This document shows, piece by piece, positions 9,321-19,541 of a stretch of DNA of 64,000 nucleotides. Within the stretch, counting starts at the first letter, position 1, and each line of letters begins with the position of its first letter. This stretch comes from Nannocystis sp. SCPEA4. GTDB taxonomy: Bacteria > Myxococcota_A > Polyangia > Nannocystales > Nannocystaceae. The DNA lies in assembly GCF_026626685.1 (NCBI RefSeq), contig NZ_JAPNJX010000001.1, forward strand, positions 140,752 through 204,751, in the 5' to 3' direction. A program made the position numbers and the translations under genes. The notes under the pieces were generated by a model. That model ran no database searches. It saw only the letters and a list, made by a program, of their open reading frames with translations, and was not told where the DNA came from.

Positions 9321-9914
9321 TCAGCGCGGCAGCGTGAGCCCGCGCTCGACGTCGGCCGCGCGCACGTCGCCCATGATCCTGCGGACCAGCGTCAGCCCGA
9401 ACAGGATCGCCGTCCCGAGGCCCTGGCTGGTCACCAGCTGGCCGTCCTCGACGACTGGCTTTTGGACCAGCTTGCCGTACATAGCGATCCGCGAGGCCAC
9501 GCTGGGGTGGCAGGTCATCGACCTGCCGGCGAACACCTGGTGGCCCTGCAGGGCCAGCGGGGCGGCGCAGATCGCCCCGACGACGAGGCCGTCGGTGACC
9601 GCGTGGCGGAGGCGCTCGCCGACCGCCTCCGAGCTGGCCAGGCGGCGCGCCCCCTCGGCGCCGCCGGGCAGCACGATGGCCTGGAAGTGCCCGGTCACGG
9701 CCGACAGCGCGACGTCGGGGAGCAGCTTCATCTTCCGGCTGCACAGCACCGGGCCGTCGCCGTTCAGGCCGGCGAACACCACATCGATCCCGCCGCGGCG
9801 CAGGATGTCGACCACGATCACGGCCTCGGCCTCTTCTGCCCCTTCGGCCAGGATCACCAGGGCCCGCGGGATGGTCGACTCGACCTCGATGTCCTCGATC
9901 ATGTCCTCCGTCAT
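9321..9914 (-). CDS. DJ-1/PfpI (ThiJ) family protein
   Basis: AEGAEEAEAVIVVDILRRGGIDV...ICAAPLAL: conserved nucleophile elbow (Cys in AICAAP), 197 aa. Confidence 0.9.
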   Translation of the reverse strand: MTEDMIEDIEVESTIPRALVILAEGAEEAEAVIVVDILRRGGIDVVFAGLNGDGPVLCSRKMKLLPDVALSAVTGHFQAIVLPGGAEGARRLASSEAVGERLRHAVTDGLVVGAICAAPLALQGHQVFAGRSMTCHPSVASRIAMYGKLVQKPVVEDGQLVTSQGLGTAILFGLTLVRRIMGDVRAADVERGLTLPR

Positions 9915-10070
9915 GTGCCCTCGCCTATCCTTCCGGCCCGGTGAGGCTAGCCGCGATCCCGCGAAATTGACAAAAACCGGCGAACGCGCGTTGCTGCCCC
10001 GCCGGGGCCGGTTTACGGGCCCGCAGAGGCCTCCTGGCGCGGTCCTGGGGCCAGCGCCGCGGCCGCCGGG

Positions 10071-10787
10071 TCAGCCGACGCGGGGGCGGGTCGTGCGGAA
10101 CTCGATCACGTTGGCGTGCTGGGGCACGTGGATGACCCGCTGAACGAAGATTCCGGGCAGGTGGACATCGTCCGGGTCGAGCTCGCCGACGTCGACGAGG
10201 CGGTCGACCTCGGCGATCGTCACCCGCGCCGCCATCGCCGCCAGCGGGTTGAAGTTGCGGGCCGTGCGGTAGAAGCGGAGGTTGCCGAGCGGGTCGCCGA
10301 CGGCCGCGCGGACGATGGCGAAGTCGGGCGCGAGCGCCGTCTCGAGCACGCACGGGCGACCGGCGAACTCGCGGACCTCCTTGCCCTCGGCCACCACCGT
10401 GCCGGCCCCGGTCGGCGTGAAGAACGCCGGGATCCCCGAGCCCCCGGCGCGCAGCCGTTCGGCCAGCGTGCCCTGCGGGTTGAGCTCGACCTGCACCTGG
10501 CCCGCGAGCATCTGCTGCTCCAGATCCGGGTTGCCGCCGACGAAGCTGCAGATCACCCGCGCCACCAGGCGTCGTTGCAGCAGCACGGCCAGGCCCTGGC
10601 CCTGATTGCCGCAGTTGTTCGACACGATCACGAGGTCTTTCGCCCCCGAGGCCGCCAGCGCCTGGATGCACGCCTCCGGGTTGCCGCACAGGCCGAACCC
10701 GCCGACGGCCACCTGGGCCCCGTCGCGCACGTCGTGGAGCGCCTCCGCGGCGCTGGAGAACAGCTTGGAGCGGCTCGTCGCGTCCAT
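10071..10787 (-). CDS. scoA: 3-oxoacid CoA-transferase subunit A (ScoA/AtoD-like)
   Basis: Hallmark motifs GGFGLCGNPE, SNNCGN, ...GGSGIPAFFTPTGAGT. 238 aa. No subunit B gene adjacent; downstream is DJ-1. Confidence 0.9.
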   Translation of the reverse strand: MDATSRSKLFSSAAEALHDVRDGAQVAVGGFGLCGNPEACIQALAASGAKDLVIVSNNCGNQGQGLAVLLQRRLVARVICSFVGGNPDLEQQMLAGQVQVELNPQGTLAERLRAGGSGIPAFFTPTGAGTVVAEGKEVREFAGRPCVLETALAPDFAIVRAAVGDPLGNLRFYRTARNFNPLAAMAARVTIAEVDRLVDVGELDPDDVHLPGIFVQRVIHVPQHANVIEFRTTRPRVG

Positions 10788-10925
10788 GCGGCGGCTATAG
10801 CCCAGGCGCCGCGCCCGGCAAAGCCCCGCAGCAACCCCCGCATGGGCGGGCGCCCGGCCGGGTCCTCGCGCACAATGCGGCCCGCCGCACTCCCGGAGCC
10901 GCGGCCGTCGCTGTAAAGTCGCGGC

Positions 10926-12371
10926 GTGCTGCCCGCTCGCTCACCCGCGCTCACCGCCGCGCTCGCGGTCTCGCTCGTGACCCTCGCCTGCGGCGACTCG
11001 CAGGGCGCCGGCAGCGACGCCGGCATGACCGAAGGGACAGGCAGCACCGGCGCCGCCGGGAGCGATCCCACGAGCGGCCCGCCGGACGTCCCGACCACCA
11101 CCGGCGACGACGACGACGGCGGCACCGGCACCATGGGCCAGGGCCAGACCACCGGCGAGACCACCGGCGCGCCCGCCTGCGACCCGACCGACCTCGCCCT
11201 GGTCGAGCGCGACTACCTCGGCGTCGGCGAGGACGTGCTCGGCGAGACGCTGCCGGCCTGCAGCGAGCACCGCTGGTACGTCGCCTTCCCCGACGAGAGC
11301 TCGTGGCAGATCCGCCTCACCCGCACGGGCGGCGCGGGCCCGCTGCGGGCCACCGTCGCCTACCCCGACGAGCCGGCCGCGCTGGTGTGGCAGACCGGGC
11401 TCGCGCCCCCGCTGGTCAGCGGCGAGCAGCCGGCCGAGGCGATCTTCGCCGTCCCCCGCTCCGGCGAATTCGCAATACATGTCCGTTCGGACAGCCCCGA
11501 CCAGGCCAGCGACTACAACCTCGAATTCGTGTGCTCGATCGGCTGCGGGCGCGAGACCACCCGCTTCCCGATCGTGCTCGTCCACGGCTGGACCGGCTTC
11601 GAGGCGATCGGCCCCATCACCTACTTCTACAACGTGTTCGACGAGCTGGTCGGGCTCGGCTACCCCGTCGAGGTCGCCATCCTCGATCCGTACAACAGCA
11701 GCACGGTGCGCTCGGGTCAGCTGGCCGAGCAGGTCGACGAGTTCCTGGTCGCCCAGCGCGCCCGCAAGGTCGACCTCCTCGGCCACAGCCAGGGCGGCAT
11801 CGACTCGCGCGCCGTCGTCGCCACCCACGGCTACGGCGACCGCGTCTCGGCGCTCGTCACCATCGCCAGCCCGCACCGCGGCACGTACATTACCGACCTG
11901 GCCCTCGGCCTCGCGCCCGGCTCGGTCGAGGCCGCGCTCGGCTTCCTCCTCAACTTCGTCGGCGCCGTCTCGGCCCAGCAGAAGTCCGACGCCGAGGCCT
12001 CGTTCTACTCGCTCAGCGAGCACTACATGCAGGACGAGTTCAACCCCTCGAACCCCGACGACCCGCGCGTCAAGTACATCAGCTACACCGGCCGCACCTG
12101 CGACGCCGCCGCCTTCCTCATCCCCGGCAACCATTGCAACGATCTGGTCGACCCGCTGATCGGCTGGGGCTACGCGCTGCTGCAGCTGGCGCGCGGCGAC
12201 AACGACGGCCTCGTCACCGTCGACAGCGCCAAGTGGGGCGAGTACCGCGGCGAGATGATCGCCGACCACATCGACGAGGTCGGCCAGTTGCTCGGCGTCA
12301 CCGACCTCGACTTCGATCACCTCCTGTTCTACACCGACCTCGCGCGCGACCTCGCGGCGGAGGAGCACTGA
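10926..12371 (+). CDS. Secreted triacylglycerol lipase (alpha/beta hydrolase) lipoprotein with N-terminal PPC-like domain
   Basis: Signal plus lipobox LVTLACGD. PPC-like region (SDYNLEF). Lipase motifs PIVLVHGWTGF and GHSQGG (GxSxG), PHRGT. Confidence 0.85.
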   Translation: MLPARSPALTAALAVSLVTLACGDSQGAGSDAGMTEGTGSTGAAGSDPTSGPPDVPTTTGDDDDGGTGTMGQGQTTGETTGAPACDPTDLALVERDYLGVGEDVLGETLPACSEHRWYVAFPDESSWQIRLTRTGGAGPLRATVAYPDEPAALVWQTGLAPPLVSGEQPAEAIFAVPRSGEFAIHVRSDSPDQASDYNLEFVCSIGCGRETTRFPIVLVHGWTGFEAIGPITYFYNVFDELVGLGYPVEVAILDPYNSSTVRSGQLAEQVDEFLVAQRARKVDLLGHSQGGIDSRAVVATHGYGDRVSALVTIASPHRGTYITDLALGLAPGSVEAALGFLLNFVGAVSAQQKSDAEASFYSLSEHYMQDEFNPSNPDDPRVKYISYTGRTCDAAAFLIPGNHCNDLVDPLIGWGYALLQLARGDNDGLVTVDSAKWGEYRGEMIADHIDEVGQLLGVTDLDFDHLLFYTDLARDLAAEEH

Positions 12372-12372
12372 T

Positions 12373-14202
12373 TTGGCGGCCGTCCCGGCCCCGCCCGAGC
12401 CGCTGACCGCCGACGAGCAGCGCATGCTCGCCCAGGGCAAGCACGAGGCCCTGGCGCAGCTGCTGGCGCAGTCGGGCCGCCACGCCGTGGCCGGCTGGGT
12501 GCTCGAGCAGATCTGGGAATTCGCCGGCGCCTGCGAACACTACGCCCGCGCCGGCCGCCCGCTCGACGCCCTGCGCGCGGCGATCGAGCTCGGCCGGTCC
12601 GACGTCCTCGACCGCATCATCGCCGTGTTCACCGCCGCCGACGCCGACACGCGCCAGCAGGCCGCCGCGCTGCTGCAACGCAAGGGTCGCCACGCCGACG
12701 CCGCCCGCATGCTGGCCCTCGGCGACCACGACCCCGAGGCCCGCGCGCGCGCCCTCGTACGCGCGGGCGATCGTCTCGGGGCCGCGCGCGTGCTCGCCGA
12801 GGCCGACCGCGTGCGCGAGGCCCTGGCGGTGTTGGAGCCGCTGCCCGAGCGCCATGGCCCCACGCTGCAGCTCGCGGCCGAACTGTCGTGGGAGCTCGGC
12901 GACGCCGAGGCGGCGGTGCGGCGGGCCCAGGCGGCCATCCGCGCCGGCGGGGTCGACCGCGCCGCGCTCGGCCGTCTGCTCGCCCGCGGGCTCGGGGCCC
13001 TGGGCCACGACCTCGCGGCCCAGATCGTCCTGCAATCGCACGGCCCCGCGAACAGCCGCGGCGAGGCCCCGCCGGCCGCTCCGGTGCCGGCGCGCTTCCA
13101 GGTCCGCGCCTCGCTGCCGGCCAGCTTCTCCGGCGCCGCCTACGAGGGCATCGATCGCGTCACCCTCGCCGAGGTCGAGATCCACCTCCTGCTCGCCGAG
13201 TTGCAGGAGGGCGGCGCGGCCGACCCCGCGGTCCAGGACACGCTCGAGGCGTTCCACCGCCGGGCCCTCGCCGCCGCCGCGCTCGAGCACCCGGCGATCC
13301 GCGGCATCGTCCAGTTCGACGCCCGTGCCGGCATCCTGATCCTGCCGCACGAGGCCGGCAGCAACCTGCGGGCGCTGATCCGTCCGCCGGGCATGCCGCT
13401 GGCCCGCGCCCGCGCCCTGGTCGCGTTCCTGCTCGAGGGCCTGGCCGCCGCTCACCTGCGCGGCCTGGTCCACGGCTCGCTGCTGCCGGCCCAATTGGTG
13501 TGCGACGCCGCCGGCCGGCCCCTGCTCGGCCCGTTCGGCGCCGACGCGATCGCCGGCCTGATCGCCACCCGCACCGGCGCGCTCGAGGAGCTGCTGACGA
13601 TCACGGCGCCCGAGGTCCGCGCCGGCGCCACGCCCACGGCCGCGAGCGACATCTACTCCGTCGCCGCCCTGCTGGTCGCCCTCGTCGCCGGCAACCTCGG
13701 CGGCGCCGCGCCCGAGGCCCGCGCCCTGGTCGAGGACGCCCTGGCCGACGACCCCGCCCGGCGCCCCGACGCCGCCGCCCTGCTGGCGCGCATGCGCCGG
13801 CGCGTGGCTGACCTTCGGGACCTGTCCATGAGCACAGAGCCCATACGACAGGACCCTACGGTCATGTCCGATGATTCAGGCCTGGCCGGCCACGGCGTGG
13901 TGGTCGAGGCCGCCCCGGGATGGGACGACATCGCCCTCGACGCGCTGCTCGCGGCGGATGTCCCGGCGCTGCAGCCCGTCCTCGACCGACAGGGTCGACG
14001 GGTCGCTCTGGCCGCATGGCCAGAGGGCTGTCGTCGGCTGGCCGACGATGTCCCGTTCATTCAGCTCGCCCCGATGGCGATCGTCGACGCCCTGCCGGTC
14101 GAGGCCGCGGCGGCCGTGCGCGCGCGGCTGACCGCCGGCGCGTGGGTGGTGACGCCCGCCGGCGAGTGGATGCTGGCCCTCGATGAACTACTCACGCGGT
14201 GA
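12373..14202 (+). CDS. TPR-repeat protein fused to a degenerate (pseudo)kinase domain
   Basis: Starts 2 nt after the lipase stop. N-terminal helical/TPR-like repeats. C-terminal kinase-like fold with HRD replaced by HGSLLPAQLV and DFG by GPFG, and no Gly-loop, so predicted catalytically dead. Confidence 0.7.
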   Translation: MAAVPAPPEPLTADEQRMLAQGKHEALAQLLAQSGRHAVAGWVLEQIWEFAGACEHYARAGRPLDALRAAIELGRSDVLDRIIAVFTAADADTRQQAAALLQRKGRHADAARMLALGDHDPEARARALVRAGDRLGAARVLAEADRVREALAVLEPLPERHGPTLQLAAELSWELGDAEAAVRRAQAAIRAGGVDRAALGRLLARGLGALGHDLAAQIVLQSHGPANSRGEAPPAAPVPARFQVRASLPASFSGAAYEGIDRVTLAEVEIHLLLAELQEGGAADPAVQDTLEAFHRRALAAAALEHPAIRGIVQFDARAGILILPHEAGSNLRALIRPPGMPLARARALVAFLLEGLAAAHLRGLVHGSLLPAQLVCDAAGRPLLGPFGADAIAGLIATRTGALEELLTITAPEVRAGATPTAASDIYSVAALLVALVAGNLGGAAPEARALVEDALADDPARRPDAAALLARMRRRVADLRDLSMSTEPIRQDPTVMSDDSGLAGHGVVVEAAPGWDDIALDALLAADVPALQPVLDRQGRRVALAAWPEGCRRLADDVPFIQLAPMAIVDALPVEAAAAVRARLTAGAWVVTPAGEWMLALDELLTR

Positions 14203-14241
14203 GAGCCGCGCATCCGCCCGCCGGCGGCGAACGTGGAGCCG

Positions 14242-14502
14242 CTAGGCGCGCATGCTGCGGCCGACGGCGAGGCGGTAGATGCCGAGCAGGATCAGCGCGC
14301 CGACGATCGAGGCGATGATGCCCGGCCCCTCGTTGACGTGCGAGTACCAGCCCAGCGCGCGGCCGAGGAACGCGGCCACGAACGAACCGGCGATGCCGAG
14401 GAGCATGGTGGCGATGATACCGCCCGAATCCTTGCCCGGCATGACCAGCTTGGCGAGTGCGCCGGCGATCAGGCCGACGATCAACGTCCAGATGAACTCC
14501 AT
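14242..14502 (-). CDS. GlsB/YeaQ/YmgE family stress-response membrane protein
   Basis: Start MEFIWTLIVGLIAGALAKLVMPG with GGAGGAG SD. 86 aa, three glycine-zipper TM segments typical of the transglycosylase-associated protein family. Confidence 0.8.
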   Translation of the reverse strand: MEFIWTLIVGLIAGALAKLVMPGKDSGGIIATMLLGIAGSFVAAFLGRALGWYSHVNEGPGIIASIVGALILLGIYRLAVGRSMRA

Positions 14503-14832
14503 GGTTTTCTCCTCCGCAGGGACTGAGCGCAGGGTAGCGCGATCCGTTGCCCCTGCAACGATTGCCCGCGCATTGCCAATCATCGCATCAGGACCGGCGA
14601 GAATCGTCGATTCACGCGGTCGAGTCTGCCACCGTCGCGGTCGAGTTCGTCACCGCGTGCGGGCCCGCCGCGAGTCCGGCCATTCGCCGCACGGCCTCCA
14701 TCGGCCCGACGGCCGCATTGTCGACCGTCGCGTCCGCCTGCACCCTCGGCGGCGTGATGCGGAGGCTGCTCGAGCGCGCGAGTTCGTGGTGGTCACGCGG
14801 CCCCGGCCGCCCTGCTCGGGCTCGGCGCGCTG

Positions 14833-15498
14833 GTGACGTACCTGTCCGGCTCGCTCCTCGCCGGCGGGTTCACCACGCTCGTGCTCGGCGTCCCGCTGGT
14901 CCTCACCGGCGTGTGGGGCTGCCTCGGCCTCGTCGTCGCCGCGACGCTCGCGTTCCTCGGCGGCGTGCCGCTCGGCGAGTACGGCCGCGTCGCCCGCGGC
15001 GAGCAGGGCACGGTGGGGTTCGCCGAGGTCGCGCGGCATCCCGAACTCGTGCGCCTGGTCGTCGCCGACGCCCGCGTCGACGCGTCGCGCCTGGCGAAGA
15101 CGTACCACCATCACGGCAGCGGCAATTCGTCGTCCTCCCACCAGCCTGCGATCGCGCCGATCGTGCCGTCGTCGTGGCGCCCCGGCGATCCGGTCCACGT
15201 GTACGCGGCCTGCCACGACCTCTCGTTCGACGACCGCGGCTGCCGCGAGGCATGGGCCGTGGCCACCGACGCGCTCGTGCGCGTGCCCGCCGAGGACGAG
15301 CCGTGCTACCGCGAACTCGTGCCGCCAGGCGCGGATCTCGACGCCGTCGCGTTCGTCTACTGGGACCGGCCCGAGCGCTACCTCGGTGTGCTGTGGAACG
15401 AGTGGACCACGGCGCTCCGGGTCACCGCGATCGCGTGGCTGGCGATCGGCGCGCTCGCCCTCGTCGGCCGGGCCGTGGCAGCGCGCGGCAAGGGCTGA
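14833..15498 (+). CDS. Hypothetical membrane protein
   Basis: GTG start. N- and C-terminal hydrophobic segments, protein-like composition (W/Y/H/N). Competing minus-strand ORFs are Arg-rich junk. Confidence 0.4.
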   Translation: MTYLSGSLLAGGFTTLVLGVPLVLTGVWGCLGLVVAATLAFLGGVPLGEYGRVARGEQGTVGFAEVARHPELVRLVVADARVDASRLAKTYHHHGSGNSSSSHQPAIAPIVPSSWRPGDPVHVYAACHDLSFDDRGCREAWAVATDALVRVPAEDEPCYRELVPPGADLDAVAFVYWDRPERYLGVLWNEWTTALRVTAIAWLAIGALALVGRAVAARGKG

Positions 15499-15532
15499 CC
15501 CCGCTGCGCAGACCTGCGGTGAATCCGGGGCG

Positions 15533-16735
15533 CTACGAGCCAGCCTCGGACGTCCCGTCCTCACAATTCGCCGGCCGCCAGAGCAGGGTCGTCTCGCTGT
15601 AGCCGTGCTCGCCTGCCACGGAATTGGCGATGTCACCGCGCTCGTTGATCCGCCCGACGAACAGCACCTCCCACGAGAGATCGAGCGGCAGGGCCCGGGT
15701 GCCCGCAGCCGAGCCGACGAAGAACCCGTCCTCGAACTGGCCGATGAGGACCCCCTGGTTGTTGATACTCTCGGCCACACCGTTCGTGGCGCCGTTGGGC
15801 AGCGGGAGCTCCACGAGCTCGTCGCCGTCCCACAGTGCGGGCACGAACCGCTCGTCGACGTCGACGTAGACGTAACCGACGATCTCCCCGTGGTCGTTCA
15901 TGTCTTGCGGCCGGAACTCGGCCCCTCCCAGCTTCGGCAGCTCGCGGACGTCGTATCCCTCCCAGAGCATGGTCCGCCACGCCCCCTCGCACTCGATCAA
16001 TGCGGCGACCCTTCCCTGCGCGTCGAGGAGCACCGTCGTTGACCCGGTGAGCGGCGAGTCGCACAGGGTCGGGAGCTCCTCCCGTTCGCTCCCTCGCCAG
16101 CGCACGACCGCGCCGGCCCCCGAGTCGAAGCCGACGATCTCGTCGGCATCATTGATCGCATGAACCTCGCCTTCGCCGAGCTCGACGACCTCGCCGTCGC
16201 GCCACAACGACGCGCGCGGCGGCACCGGCTCCTCGCCGAGGTCCACCGGGAATATCGCCGTGCTGAGCGCGACGTGTCCGAGCTCGTTGATCCAACCGTA
16301 CTGGAACTGGAGGCCCGACGGGGCCGGAATTTGCGCGACGGCGTGGCCATCTTTCCACACGAAGGCGTCGGTCCACGGCGGGACCCAGCCGGCCATCGGG
16401 CTCGCTGACACGAGGACCTCGCCGCGCTCGTTCATGTCGAGGGCGTGGGTCTGGAAGAAGCCGTCGAACATGATCGCCTGGGGCTCGCCCCCGGCCCACA
16501 CGAAGGCGGTCTGCATGGACTTTCCGATCGAATGCGCGTCCTCGGCCGGGATCGCGTCGAGGAGGACGCGGCCGTCCTCGTCGAGATCGACGAAGCTTTG
16601 ACTGACCTCCTCGGGGATCCCCAGCGGTGGCACCGCCGCGAGCGAATAACACTCGGCGCGTGCGCCCTCCGCTCGAGCCGTCGGCGGTTCGTTCGCCGCG
16701 CAACCGGGGCCGACCAGGATGGCGAGCGCGAACAT
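15533..16735 (-). CDS. HAF-family extracellular repeat lipoprotein
   Basis: Signal MFALAILVGPGCAAN (lipobox; alternative upstream start at 16804). Six ~45-aa repeats with (I/M)N(E/D)xGxxVG and AFxW/xLW motifs, characteristic of HAF repeats. Confidence 0.75.
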   Translation of the reverse strand: MFALAILVGPGCAANEPPTARAEGARAECYSLAAVPPLGIPEEVSQSFVDLDEDGRVLLDAIPAEDAHSIGKSMQTAFVWAGGEPQAIMFDGFFQTHALDMNERGEVLVSASPMAGWVPPWTDAFVWKDGHAVAQIPAPSGLQFQYGWINELGHVALSTAIFPVDLGEEPVPPRASLWRDGEVVELGEGEVHAINDADEIVGFDSGAGAVVRWRGSEREELPTLCDSPLTGSTTVLLDAQGRVAALIECEGAWRTMLWEGYDVRELPKLGGAEFRPQDMNDHGEIVGYVYVDVDERFVPALWDGDELVELPLPNGATNGVAESINNQGVLIGQFEDGFFVGSAAGTRALPLDLSWEVLFVGRINERGDIANSVAGEHGYSETTLLWRPANCEDGTSEAGS

Positions 16736-16992
16736 GGACGGACGAACGAGCCGTAGCGGCTGTCGCCGCGGGGGAATCAAACGCGACAAGTCGATCATCA
16801 CCACAACCTGCGCTCAGGATGTTCGAGGTACCCGGGGGCGCAAGCGGGCCCATGCGCTCTCCGGCCCCGGCCGGTCGTCGGTCTGTCGCGTCTCGGCCGA
16901 TCCGCCCCCGGTCCGCGAGCGCGGCCCGATTGTACGCACAATTGATGGCACCACCGCCACCGCGCATCCATGCTCGGCAGCCGAGGTCCACG

Positions 16993-18402
16993 ATGTCACA
17001 TCCACTGCTCCTGGCGCCTCGTCGCCGCCGCGTCGTCCTTGTGATGGCCCTGCCCATGGTTGCGGCGGCTCCCGTCGCGCTCGCAAACACGGAGCCCACG
17101 ATCGCGTGGGGCACCTATCACGGCGGAGCCTCCTCCGGGTACCTCTTCGGGCTGGGAGCGCTCCCGGACGGGAGCGTGTGCGTCCTCGGGGGGCCCACGG
17201 AATTCCGCGACGCACGGATCAGCCGATTCGACGCGGCCGGACAGCTGCTCTGGAGCTTCCTCTACGGGGGCCAAGGGGGCTGGGGCCGGGCGCTGACGGT
17301 CGTGCCGGGGCAAAGCGAGTTCTACGTGACCGGCATGACCGAAGCCGACGAGGGCATCGCCACCGCCGGGACCCATCAGACCGCGCGCTCGTGCTTCGGT
17401 CATGGGGCCGAGTGCGGGCACGAGGGCTTCATCGCCCGCTTCGACGCCGCCGGCAACCGGGTGTGGGGCACCTATTTCGGCGGCCCCTTCCACGACTCGG
17501 TCGACGCCGCCGCCGCCGACGCCAGCGGAGCGCTGTACGTCTGCGGCGAGACGGCCTCGCTGGAGGGCATCGCTACGGCTGGCAGCCATCAGTCGACCTG
17601 GATCGATCCAGGCGCCTTCGTCGCGAGCTTCGAGGTGAATGGAGTCTTGCGCTGGGCGACCTATTACGCGGGCAGCTGCGATTCGATCGCGGTCGACGCG
17701 GCCGGTGATGCGGTGTACATCGCCGGGAGCGTCTCCGAGACCGCCGATCTGGCCACGCCGGGTGCACACCAGGAGCAGCCGGGAGGGGCCTTCGACGCTC
17801 ACCTGGCGCGCTTCACCGGCACCGGCGAGCGCGTGTGGGCCACCTACTACGGCGGCTCCGACGACGACCTGGGCCAGAAGATCCGCGTCGATGCGACGGG
17901 CGCGGTCTATGTGCTGGGGGAGACCCACTCCAGCGACGCGATCGCCACCTCCGGCGCGTTCCAGGACCGGCCAGGCGGTCAACAGGACCTCTTCCTCGCC
18001 CGTTTCACCGCGGACGGCGAGCGGGTGTGGGCGACCTACTTCGGCGGCGCAGACGAAGAGCGCGCCTCGAGTCTGGCGATCGGCGACGAGGGCGGTCTCT
18101 ACCTGGCCGCCAGTACGACGTCGAAGGGTCTGGCCACGCAGGACGCCCCGCGTCCGCACCCCGCCGGCGAATTCGACGCGATGGTCGCGAGGTTCGACGG
18201 CGATGGCGCGCTTCGGTGGGCAACCTACTACGGGGGCAGCGGCAGCGACATTGCGTGGGTGGTGGACACCGGCCCGGGCAGCAGCGTCTATCTCGGCGGC
18301 TACACCAGCTCCACCTCCGGGATCGCCACGCCCGGCGCCTATCAGGACGTCTCTCAGTCGGGGCAGGACGCTTTCATCGTCAAGTTCCTGCAGGACTCGT
18401 AG
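16993..18402 (+). CDS. SBBP (beta-propeller) repeat secreted protein
   Basis: Signal MSHPLLLAPRRRRVVLVMALPMVAAAPVALA. Tandem repeats with W(A/G)TY(Y/F)GG...D...(GIATxG) signature. Start chosen at M123 of track ORF 16627..18402. Confidence 0.75.
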   Translation: MSHPLLLAPRRRRVVLVMALPMVAAAPVALANTEPTIAWGTYHGGASSGYLFGLGALPDGSVCVLGGPTEFRDARISRFDAAGQLLWSFLYGGQGGWGRALTVVPGQSEFYVTGMTEADEGIATAGTHQTARSCFGHGAECGHEGFIARFDAAGNRVWGTYFGGPFHDSVDAAAADASGALYVCGETASLEGIATAGSHQSTWIDPGAFVASFEVNGVLRWATYYAGSCDSIAVDAAGDAVYIAGSVSETADLATPGAHQEQPGGAFDAHLARFTGTGERVWATYYGGSDDDLGQKIRVDATGAVYVLGETHSSDAIATSGAFQDRPGGQQDLFLARFTADGERVWATYFGGADEERASSLAIGDEGGLYLAASTTSKGLATQDAPRPHPAGEFDAMVARFDGDGALRWATYYGGSGSDIAWVVDTGPGSSVYLGGYTSSTSGIATPGAYQDVSQSGQDAFIVKFLQDS

Positions 18403-18464
18403 TCGCGGAGGCGGCGGGACTGGCCGCCGAACCGACGCGGTCTCATGTCCTTCACGGCTGTGAC

Positions 18465-19379
18465 ATGATGCTCGCCATGACGTACGGGCGCACGATATCG
18501 AGCCTTTTCATCCTGGCGGCGGCTTGCGGAGACGACGGGTCGACGACCCAGACCTCGGCCAATCCACCCACGAGCGCGCCGACCACGAACAATCCGCCGA
18601 CCTCGGACACGGACGCCGACTCGACCGCGGCCGCGACAGACACGACCGAATCGACGCCCACGACCGGCACGGCCCCCGTCGAGGGAGCGCCGGAGTTCCT
18701 CAGCTTCGGCACGAACGTCGCCACACTCACGCAGGACGAATCGGTGACGTTCAACGCCATCTTGACCGACCCCGACGGCGTCGCCGACATCGTCGGGGGG
18801 ACGCTCCGCAGCGCCGACGAGTCGCTCGAGTTCGGGGTCTTCGTCGCCGCCGGACAGCCCGGGGCCTACTCCATCTCGCTGTCCTGGGCGCAGATCCACC
18901 AGACCGAGCCGATCGAGTTCGACGGTGGCGAGAGCCCGCGAGGGTTCCGCGCGGTGTTCTTCGACCAGGGCGGGAACAAGGCGACCGACGAACTCACGCT
19001 CGATCTGGTCTGCGCCGGTGGTGCTGCCTGTGATGGGACCTGCACCGACCTCGCAGCGGACGGCCTCAACTGCGGCACCTGCGGCAGCGCGTGCGACGCT
19101 GGCGAGGACGCATGCGAGGCCGGAGACTGCCTGCCATCGTGGAGTCAGTGTATCAATTACACAGACGGCTTGAACACGTGCTCTGCGGCCTGCGAAAGCT
19201 TTGGCGAGGCTTGCGTCGACAACGGATGCGGTGACGGTGTGACCGCCGTTTTCTACGATGAGCTCTCCTTCTGCGAGGACGATGTTGGAGGTGACTACGT
19301 GCTTATCGCATGTGGTAAGGTGCAGGAATGGGCGCCCGGCGCTACGGCTATCCGGTGCTGCTGCACCGATACGAAGTGA
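18465..19379 (+). CDS. Cysteine-rich lipoprotein (hypothetical)
   Basis: Start MMLAMTYGRTISSLFILAAACGDD (lipobox), in frame within track ORF 17835..19379. C-terminus LNCGTCGSACDAGEDACEAGDC... Cys-rich. Confidence 0.65.
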   Translation: MMLAMTYGRTISSLFILAAACGDDGSTTQTSANPPTSAPTTNNPPTSDTDADSTAAATDTTESTPTTGTAPVEGAPEFLSFGTNVATLTQDESVTFNAILTDPDGVADIVGGTLRSADESLEFGVFVAAGQPGAYSISLSWAQIHQTEPIEFDGGESPRGFRAVFFDQGGNKATDELTLDLVCAGGAACDGTCTDLAADGLNCGTCGSACDAGEDACEAGDCLPSWSQCINYTDGLNTCSAACESFGEACVDNGCGDGVTAVFYDELSFCEDDVGGDYVLIACGKVQEWAPGATAIRCCCTDTK

Positions 19380-19541
19380 GTGCGTCCCGCGGGGCCCCGA
19401 CGCACTCATTCGCCGCAGCGAACAGACCGCCGCCGGCGTGAACGTCAGAGCCGCGTCGAGGGGTACTGCGACGCGAACGGCCCCGCGAGCAGGGCCTGCG
19501 CGAGACCCCACGAGCAATTCATTTTTGGCATACTCGCCAGG

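Noticed and set aside
9915-10070. TTGACA hexamer in the scoA-DJ-1 spacer as promoter
   Set aside because: It is on the plus strand while both flanking genes are on the minus strand, and no matching -10 is present.
14547-15780. Overlapping ORFs 14547..15602(+) 351 aa and 14650..15780(-) 376 aa
   Set aside because: Arg-rich junk composition. The +1 frame ORF 14833..15498 has membrane-protein character and was preferred, at low confidence.
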